From IMG/VR virus record IMGVR_UViG_3300028840_004168, positions 65,911 to 129,910 of that record: a stretch of 64,000 bases of DNA; one strand, given 5' to 3'. Every line of letters starts with the position of its first letter. The first letter of the stretch is position 1. Position numbers and translations under genes: made by a program. The DNA is from a virus. The notes beneath the pieces were generated by a model. That model did no database searches, was not told the DNA's origin, and saw only the letters and a program-made list of their open reading frames with translations. This document shows positions 57,416 to 64,000 of this stretch, one piece after another.

Positions 57416-57934
57416 GTGAATTATAATTATAAGAAAGGGCATAAATACAGCATGACTAAAGGCGAAGAGATCAAGAGGCAGGCATTCCAGCTGCATTTCC
57501 AGTTTGAAAGGTTTGTCAGGATAAATAAGATAGAGTGTCCTCACTTCGGAGATGGATGGTCAGACCATCATAAAGATTGTCTGGAGTGCAACGTGCTTGT
57601 AAATGAAGAATGCAAGCGCATTGACAGTGAGATAAAAAAGATATGCCGCACGATACAAGAAGGGTATACAAACGGATGCAGTGAGATGTATCAGCGCAAA
57701 TTCGCTCCGCTATGCCTTTCTATATGCCAGCCATTGAAGCACATAAAAAAGAAAGGGTTTCTGCGCAAGCCATATTTGAATAAAAATAAAGAAGCTATCA
57801 CTATGTTTGAATTTAAAGTGTCTGTCAATAATAACAAGACAACAGAGCTCCAGGCAGTCAATGAATTCCTGACTGCTAAAAGAGTCAGGCGCAACTTCTT
57901 CTTTAATAAAAGCACTAAAGGAGTAGAGCGATGA
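57416..57934 (+). CDS. Family A Cys-rich protein with tag
   Basis: NKIECPHFG...CLEC; ends KRVRRNFFFNK. Confidence 0.7.
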   Translation: MNYNYKKGHKYSMTKGEEIKRQAFQLHFQFERFVRINKIECPHFGDGWSDHHKDCLECNVLVNEECKRIDSEIKKICRTIQEGYTNGCSEMYQRKFAPLCLSICQPLKHIKKKGFLRKPYLNKNKEAITMFEFKVSVNNNKTTELQAVNEFLTAKRVRRNFFFNKSTKGVER

Positions 57935-58281
57935 CAGTATATAAAAGGTGGGCTGATATATTTACAAAGACACATGAATCTTACAACATCAGCTGTAACC
58001 ACTTCGGAGTCGGTAAATACGATGGCTATAGTGAATGCAAAGATTGTGTGATCAGATATACCTGCAGAGAGCTAGGAAGTTTATTTATGTCGATATGCAA
58101 TGCATATCACTCAGAAGACTGCGATGGTGACTGCGGCGCAGAGTGCCCTGTGCTTAATGATGCATGCCATATAGAATCAACCGATGCGCCGCCTACTCCA
58201 GTGATACGTGCAGACAAGCATAAGACGGAAATAGTCAAGCGCAAGAGGCGCAAGATGTTTCAGTTCGGAGATAAGAAATGA
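57931..58281 (+). CDS. Family A Cys-rich protein with tag
   Basis: YNISCNHFG...CKDC; ends KRKRRKMFQFGDKK. Confidence 0.7.
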   Translation: MTVYKRWADIFTKTHESYNISCNHFGVGKYDGYSECKDCVIRYTCRELGSLFMSICNAYHSEDCDGDCGAECPVLNDACHIESTDAPPTPVIRADKHKTEIVKRKRRKMFQFGDKK

Positions 58282-58631
58282 CGATCTATATTGATATATA
58301 TCACAAGTGGGAAGATCATTATGATCAAGCTGTAGACAGATATGATATCAAATGTCCATACTTCGGTTTTGGCAGAACTTATGATTTTGCAGAGTGTAGC
58401 GAGTGCGCTGTAGTGATGACATGCAGTAGCATGGGAAGCTGGCATAAGGAACTGTGTGAAAGGCTGGATTCAGAAGAATGTAGCGCATACTGCAAAGAAA
58501 GATATCTTGCAATGCACAAAGCATGTGAGAAACAGCACTCTCAATCTATACCTGTGTCTGTATTAAAGAAAGTAAAAGTCAAGAAAAGAAAAAGTAAGCG
58601 CAAGATGTTTCAGTTTGCAGATATAAAGTAA
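58278..58631 (+). CDS. Family A Cys-rich protein with tag
   Basis: YDIKCPYFG...CSEC; ends KSKRKMFQFADIK. Confidence 0.7.
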   Translation: MTIYIDIYHKWEDHYDQAVDRYDIKCPYFGFGRTYDFAECSECAVVMTCSSMGSWHKELCERLDSEECSAYCKERYLAMHKACEKQHSQSIPVSVLKKVKVKKRKSKRKMFQFADIK

Positions 58632-58640
58632 GGAGAGTAA

Positions 58641-59750
58641 ATGTCAGAAGATGATCTTAAACAGATAAAAGACCTTGCATTGATGCGATACAGGATTATG
58701 AATACGTTACAGCTTGAATGCAAGATGTTCGGCATAGTGGGATGGGCTACTTATAACACAGTCGGGATGTGTAATACGTGCAATCCTAAAGTCATGGATG
58801 CCTGTGTAAAGATAAGCGTCAACCACATGCACCTATGTCATGAGATAAAGGAATGCAGCAAGTGCAGGGATTATAACCAGGGCATTTTCAGCTTCTGTGA
58901 AGAGATAAGAAGAGTGCGTGATGATGAGTCTGCCTGCATCCCCTGCATAGAAAAACTGTCTGCAATAAGATTGAACAAGACGAAGCGCCGTCAGATGTTC
59001 AGCTTCAAGGAAGAAAAATCTGAAATTTCAGAAAAAAAAGTTGAACAGAAGATAGAAAAATTTTCTGAAGAGCTCAACAACATCGTGTTTAGCAACTTGC
59101 CAACGATAAACCACAGCGCTACGCAAGAGATGCCTACCGAAGAAGAAGCTGTTCCAGAAGTAGATGCTGTCGGACATGACGTAACCTACAAGCAACGCAT
59201 AGCAGATGACATGGATGATTTAGACCTGCCAGCAGATTATTATATCACAACAAGATCTTATCTCGATGGCATAGGAGAGAACTTTGGCTATAACGATGAC
59301 GTATCACAAACGCTTGCTACTGGATTTGATCACATATCACAGTTCGACAGAAGGATATACGGCATCTTCACTCAGATAGATGTAGAGCACCATGAATTCC
59401 CTCTGCTTGAAGCGGTAGACGACTTGCTTGAAGCGCTGCATGGCAGAACACATCTGGCATTCAGCAGCTACTACCATGACTCATGGACTAGACTTCATGA
59501 CACACTGTTCAGAGCGCAGTTCTGTCCGTTCAGATGGCGCATAGCTTATGGCACTCCAGAAGAAGTAAGAGGCATGCTTTTAAATATGCATGATGATGTC
59601 ACTATGGCGCTTGCAGAATGCACAGATGAGTGCATGATGCATGTGGTATCGCATTTCCTCATCGCTCTTATAGTGAACGATTACAAATTGCAGGAACCTG
59701 CGCAGCCTGCAGATAGCAACTGGCATAGTGATGACGATATCCCTTTTTGA
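58641..59750 (+). CDS. Family A domain plus internal tag fused to acidic helical domain ending in SSB-like tip DDDIPF
   Basis: LQLECKMFG...CNTC; internal TKRRQMFSFK; C-terminus SDDDIPF. Confidence 0.65.
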   Translation: MSEDDLKQIKDLALMRYRIMNTLQLECKMFGIVGWATYNTVGMCNTCNPKVMDACVKISVNHMHLCHEIKECSKCRDYNQGIFSFCEEIRRVRDDESACIPCIEKLSAIRLNKTKRRQMFSFKEEKSEISEKKVEQKIEKFSEELNNIVFSNLPTINHSATQEMPTEEEAVPEVDAVGHDVTYKQRIADDMDDLDLPADYYITTRSYLDGIGENFGYNDDVSQTLATGFDHISQFDRRIYGIFTQIDVEHHEFPLLEAVDDLLEALHGRTHLAFSSYYHDSWTRLHDTLFRAQFCPFRWRIAYGTPEEVRGMLLNMHDDVTMALAECTDECMMHVVSHFLIALIVNDYKLQEPAQPADSNWHSDDDIPF

Positions 59751-59762
59751 AAGGAGAATGAT

Positions 59763-59954
59763 ATGACTGATTTACACAAGAGAAATTACTACGGCATGTT
59801 GCTTGATGCCAGAGGCAAGCACACGCTGTTTGCTTTCAAATCAGCAATGCTGAGAGACGGATGGGTAGACGGTTTGCCGAACAAGCGGAGATCGGTTACA
59901 GCAGCCCAGGTAAAGGCATGGGGTAACAAATACCAGATCCACAAAACATGGTAG
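59763..59954 (+). CDS. Hypothetical protein
   Basis: AAGGAG SD. Confidence 0.5.
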   Translation: MTDLHKRNYYGMLLDARGKHTLFAFKSAMLRDGWVDGLPNKRRSVTAAQVKAWGNKYQIHKTW

Positions 59955-59963
59955 GAGAACTGC

Positions 59964-60407
59964 ATGGCTAAGAAGAGACAGTTCTACGGTTTCAATCCAG
60001 AGAAGCGTGCAGATGGACTGCCTGTGACTCTCGAAGAAGCTGTGTTAGAGCTAATGAAAAAGATGCCTGAATACGATATGCATACGATGCTGCAGATGGA
60101 TGAAGATCATTTCATGGCTGAAGCACATCACAGTCTAGGCAGGACTATCAGGAATAAATGGATACATATACCTATGTCAAGGATGAGGGTATGGTTTAAG
60201 AACAGCGGCATAGAACATCCTGACGATATGTCTAGTATCATCCTGCACTGTTTCTACAGGTATGCCAAAGGCATGCCATTAAGACTTGATGATCTGGTCA
60301 ACAAAAAGATAGAGCACTGGAACGAATGGAATCCAGGTCTGGCAAAGAACATACGATTGAAATACTGGAATAGCGATCTCAGAAAGATGGAGTATGGTTA
60401 TGATTGA
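59964..60407 (+). CDS. DUF6794-like protein
   Basis: HHSLGRTIRNKW...GIEHPDDMSSIIL. Confidence 0.65.
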   Translation: MAKKRQFYGFNPEKRADGLPVTLEEAVLELMKKMPEYDMHTMLQMDEDHFMAEAHHSLGRTIRNKWIHIPMSRMRVWFKNSGIEHPDDMSSIILHCFYRYAKGMPLRLDDLVNKKIEHWNEWNPGLAKNIRLKYWNSDLRKMEYGYD

Positions 60408-61356
60408 TATTTTTGATATGGTAGTCATACTTGCAATATTCCTGCAGGCGCTTGTTTTGAAGCGTAGCGGCATTCTGCGCCGTATGCTGACTAAGAGAGT
60501 AGAGACGCTTGAAGATGAGGTTATGAAAACTCGTAGCAGGATTGCTACCCACAGGCTTTTACAAAACGCTCCACGTTTAAACGATCTGCTTGACAGAATA
60601 AACAACATCCAACAAGAAGATTATGAGAATAGATCTGCAATAGCCAGAATACAGACTCAGCTTGATAGCCTGGGATACAGTATAGAAGGGCCATCTCCAG
60701 ATAATATAAATGAAAGAGTAGAGACATTAGCCAGACAAGCATCCAGAGATATATTAAGAGAAACGCAGGAAGAACAGCGCAGGCAACACGCTGATCATAT
60801 AATAGCATTGCGAGAACAAGATCCTAGAATGCATGCGCCATTAGGACTCCCAACCAATGCAGCTGTTCAAAACATGACAGAGCACGTAATTGAAATACAA
60901 GATCTAGGATTAGCAGTTGGTACAGACAACAGAATAAATTTGCATGACGCTGGATTTACATTTGCACAGATAAATGACTCTGCAGATCTTCAAAGGCTAG
61001 TGTTAAGTGGCGCTCTGTATGCTCATAACCTTCCGCTATTAAGAACAGGCAGGGCAGCACCGCCTTATTCAGTCAGCTATCAGCCATTAAGAGACAGAAT
61101 ATCTGTTACTGCAACACAGCAGATAGAAAGAGATTCAAGTTCTTCATGGGAAGATCAGCATACACAAGAACAGCTGGCAGCCGCTGGCTACACTGGCCTT
61201 GCAGATCTTGGCTATAGTGATGAAGAGTATGAAGATCCAGATGATTGCGCTATTCCAAAAGAACCTGATCTAATCGATGTTAATAATATTAAAAAACGCA
61301 GACGGGCGATCAAGCATAAAAAATCTGAAATTTCAGAAAAAAAAGAGAGGAAGTAA
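60394..61356 (+). CDS. TM-anchored coiled-coil protein with internal virion-type domain and tag
   Basis: N-terminal TM; VQNMTEHVIEIQDLG...SADLQRLVLSG; ends KKRRRAIKHKK. Confidence 0.6.
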   Translation: MVMIDIFDMVVILAIFLQALVLKRSGILRRMLTKRVETLEDEVMKTRSRIATHRLLQNAPRLNDLLDRINNIQQEDYENRSAIARIQTQLDSLGYSIEGPSPDNINERVETLARQASRDILRETQEEQRRQHADHIIALREQDPRMHAPLGLPTNAAVQNMTEHVIEIQDLGLAVGTDNRINLHDAGFTFAQINDSADLQRLVLSGALYAHNLPLLRTGRAAPPYSVSYQPLRDRISVTATQQIERDSSSSWEDQHTQEQLAAAGYTGLADLGYSDEEYEDPDDCAIPKEPDLIDVNNIKKRRRAIKHKKSEISEKKERK

Positions 61357-61426
61357 TGCACTGGCTGATAGCCGTAGGATTAATATTTTTATACACTGAA
61401 AAATATAAAACATACTATACAGAGGA

Positions 61427-62197
61427 TTGGCGATGGTAGATGGATTGCTCTTGATAATTTCATTCTTATTGATAGTCATGCTGAAGATGTGCTGGAGCAG
61501 GCTGAAAACAGTAGAGAAGAAATCGCTTGATGAGATAGAGCGTCTCGACAAAAAATATATTGAGATAGTCAGAATACTGCATGAAAGAGCTGTCGCAGGA
61601 ACAGAAGAGATTGTAGATAGAGAAGTAATAGAGGTTCATAACGATAGAACGGAAGAGCCGCCAGGGTTTCAGTTTAACCATACGTCTGATGCAGAACCTG
61701 TTGCTACAGGAAGAGCACGTCAGGGCACAAGCGCAGGACGAATGGCACGTAGAAGAATAGAACATCGCAGGGAAGCAAGAGAAAGCGCTGCCAGAGAACG
61801 GCAGCAGCTTGGTAGAGTCTTTACTACAAGAGAAGAGATTGACGAACAAGTAGATGGAATAATATTTGAGCAAGAGAATATACATGAACGCCTGGAAAGC
61901 ATAAATGAGAGCATAGCAGCTGAGAGGGCGCAAGCTGAAGAAGCTGAGTCAGAGCAGATCACAGAAACAGAGATAATTACTAACACTATACAATGGATCA
62001 ACGATAACAATATGAATTTAGAAATAGGTAGTCTTACAGATGAAGAGATAAGGACAGTGCATGAAAAGCTGATGACCATGTTTGCTGTGCCGCTTGAAGC
62101 GGTAGAGAAGAAACCTGTTGCTAAAGAAGATCCGATAGATCCGAACAACATCAAGAGGCGCAAAAGAAAAATAACAACAAGGAGTAAAAATGAGTGA
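61427..62197 (+). CDS. TM-anchored coiled-coil protein with tag
   Basis: N-terminal TM; ends DPNNIKRRKRKITTRSK. Confidence 0.6.
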   Translation: MAMVDGLLLIISFLLIVMLKMCWSRLKTVEKKSLDEIERLDKKYIEIVRILHERAVAGTEEIVDREVIEVHNDRTEEPPGFQFNHTSDAEPVATGRARQGTSAGRMARRRIEHRREARESAARERQQLGRVFTTREEIDEQVDGIIFEQENIHERLESINESIAAERAQAEEAESEQITETEIITNTIQWINDNNMNLEIGSLTDEEIRTVHEKLMTMFAVPLEAVEKKPVAKEDPIDPNNIKRRKRKITTRSKNE

Positions 62198-62624
62198 GAC
62201 ACTTTGGTTTGCATTCATGATGGCAGCTGGAGCTTGGGTAATGGTTATAGCTATAGTCATATACCAGATACAGCAAAAACAAAAAATAGAAAATATGGAA
62301 GAGCTTTTGAAGTATGTAGAACGGCGCATGGAAATAATAAGCATGTCTCCAGAAGAAAGAACATTACGAGATAACGTAGGAGATGGAGCTATGTATGAGC
62401 AGAGTCCACTGGATTTGAGTGAAGAAGTAATGGAAGCGTTGAGCACAGTGCTAAGCCGCAGAGGGCTGACAGCAGAAGAGGCATCCAGGATTTTAAACAA
62501 CTTCAACGAGAACATGATGCCTGAATTAGAGATGCTGCAAGAGCCAGAAGAAGAGCCAGATCACGAACCGATCATTCCAGAAAATATCCGAAGAAGATCA
62601 CGAAAGATCAATCGTAATAAGTAA
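62190..62624 (+). CDS. TM-anchored protein with tag
   Basis: N-terminal TM; ends PENIRRRSRKINRNK. Confidence 0.6.
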   Translation: MSETLWFAFMMAAGAWVMVIAIVIYQIQQKQKIENMEELLKYVERRMEIISMSPEERTLRDNVGDGAMYEQSPLDLSEEVMEALSTVLSRRGLTAEEASRILNNFNENMMPELEMLQEPEEEPDHEPIIPENIRRRSRKINRNK

Positions 62625-62748
62625 AGTATATCTCGCTTTCTAATTTAGCCTACAATCGATTTTCATATCTGTCAGCTATATCGACCCCTGATCACAATAA
62701 AAACGTCTTAGAAACGATCCTGCAGCTCCTGGCGGCTATAAAAATAGT

Positions 62749-62795
62749 GAAGGCCTGATCATTTGTAGCAGCTGTGCAGTGGCGATCAGGCCTTC
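62749..62795. terminator. Inverted repeat between convergent genes
   Basis: GAAGGCCTGATC ... GATCAGGCCTTC, 12-bp arms. Confidence 0.5.
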
Positions 62796-62953
62796 TTGGA
62801 AGTCAAGCGACTTTAAAAGACCGCTTCTCGCAGGAGCGAGAAGGGATGGTAGGAAATAGTTTCATGTCATCTTAAATTGCCAAGTTTTCTGTATTCCGAA
62901 TATCATATCATACCTATGCGATTCTTCATGCAGTTAGATGCCGCTTAACTCCC

Positions 62954-63763
62954 CTATTTTCTATCTTCCTCAAATTTCAAAGTCATCAGCAACTGCAACA
63001 ACGCTGAATCCAAGTGATGATTCATGCCTTTCCTGTCAAACTCTATCAGCTGAGCCAGCTTTTCCATGTCTGAACCCAGGCTTAGCTTCTCATCTATAAT
63101 TCTCAGACCTACCTGCGGATTTTCAAATAAAGTCTTGCCAGAAGTGCTGACTATATCTTTAAGCATTTTTGTGAATTTGTCAATATGTTCTTTATACTGC
63201 ATTTCATTTTCAAACGATTCAATAGAATCTCTGTCCAGTGCAAGTATGTCATCGTAGATGTTGGGAGCAGCAGAATCTGGAGCAGGAGTATCGAAACATT
63301 CAGTGCAATTGGCAATATGCCTGCCATGCTCGCATATTTCTGTCATAGAAAGAGCATGCATTATCTTTGCTATGCCTATCTTCGTCTTGCCCTTATTGAA
63401 CAGGAACCATGTTCTGCCGATCTCTACTCCATCATAGTGGATACCGATCTCAGCCTGCATGGTTTCTATGAAGATATTAGTGCACTCATACATGCTATTT
63501 CTAAGATGCACCCTCTGTATAAACTCTGCCTTAGCCTCATTGCCCTGGATGACATAGTCAGCTTTTATATCTATAGTCAACATCTCTGGATTGAAGTGCG
63601 CTTTTTTATTAGCCATCTGCGTCTTCACCTTGATGCTCTTCAACAGTATATTGACAATGCCGTCAAGCGATTCTTTAGCGCTGTTATGCCCTATAACATC
63701 GCTGAACGTATTAGGTATAGACGTATACTCTCTTGCGTATTTTGAAGCATAACTTTCAGCCAT
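62954..63763 (-). CDS. Hypothetical protein with CEHG...CTEC module
   Basis: 269-aa ORF, AAGGAG SD. Confidence 0.6.
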   Translation of the reverse strand: MAESYASKYAREYTSIPNTFSDVIGHNSAKESLDGIVNILLKSIKVKTQMANKKAHFNPEMLTIDIKADYVIQGNEAKAEFIQRVHLRNSMYECTNIFIETMQAEIGIHYDGVEIGRTWFLFNKGKTKIGIAKIMHALSMTEICEHGRHIANCTECFDTPAPDSAAPNIYDDILALDRDSIESFENEMQYKEHIDKFTKMLKDIVSTSGKTLFENPQVGLRIIDEKLSLGSDMEKLAQLIEFDRKGMNHHLDSALLQLLMTLKFEEDRK

Positions 63764-63766
63764 ATG

Positions 63767-63925
63767 TCACTCCTTATGTTTTTTGATAGTGCGCCATACC
63801 CCATCGACCACGAGTGCAGCAAACATCACTGCAAGCGCCATGATTATTATGTCGGTCAAAGCTACTCCGATGACACTTTGGAAATAAGCAGCCATCTGCA
63901 ACGCTGAATAAATAAATGCTTCCAT
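63767..63925 (-). CDS. Small membrane protein (52 aa)
   Basis: Hand translation MEAFIYSALQMAAYFQSVIGVALTDIIIMALAVMFAALVVDGVWRTIKKHKE. Confidence 0.5.
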   Translation of the reverse strand: MEAFIYSALQMAAYFQSVIGVALTDIIIMALAVMFAALVVDGVWRTIKKHKE

Positions 63926-64000
63926 AATCAAATTATCCTCTCCATTTTTCAGGCACAGAGCATCTGTTGCAGCCTTTTTTAGTGCCGCATATGAATGAGT

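Noticed and set aside
47785-59750. Diversity-generating retroelement behind the paralog arrays
   Set aside because: No reverse transcriptase in window and no TR/VR pair differing only at adenines.
18472-62624. Tags as eukaryotic NLS (PKKKRK at 50363) implying a eukaryotic virus
   Set aside because: sigma70 promoters, SD sites, coupled operons, peptidoglycan amidase and Mu-type head genes indicate a bacterial host.
62640-62950. tRNA or structured RNA in the hairpin-rich gap
   Set aside because: Hairpins present but no cloverleaf, T-loop or CCA; treated as convergent terminators.
62954-63763. Clamp-loader/AAA ATPase from PNTFSDVIGHNSAKESL
   Set aside because: Resembles the RPxxFxxVIGQ lead-in but no Walker A or B follows.
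1-64000. Stop-codon reassignment or phage-nucleus genes
   Set aside because: Long genes are intact in code 11 and all three stops are used; no chimallin, tubulin or RNAP subunit recognised in the window.

Overview
64 kb of a large dsDNA tailed bacteriophage (standard code, sigma70-type promoters, strong Shine-Dalgarno sites, peptidoglycan amidase). 1-17.1 kb (minus strand) is a morphogenesis/lysis block: terminase small/large, DUF935/Mu gp29-type portal, signal-peptide-bearing fibre-like proteins, permuted papain amidase, holin-like protein, an intact response-regulator receiver protein, a 1278-aa LamG protein, Amidase_3 and a Mu gpI-type protease/scaffold running off the left edge. The other 47 kb is accessory/early DNA: an RHH-tnpB fragment-RHH locus, a run of individually promoted and terminated small-gene cassettes (29.6-44.9 kb) and two arrays of Cys-rich paralogs (22-29 kb and 48-60 kb). 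The standout observation is that about 33 proteins of at least six unrelated folds end in the same appended basic-hydrophobic tag (e.g. KKKRSMFNFGGKK, RKRRKFNYGK, KKRRRAI). It shows synonymous codon variation, so it looks like a protein-level sorting, docking or degron signal rather than a DNA repeat. A 14-bp palindrome TCTG(T/A)AATT(A/T)CAGA (about 16 copies, mostly just upstream of -35 boxes) defines a probable regulon. All family assignments are from motif recognition by eye; no database searches were run.
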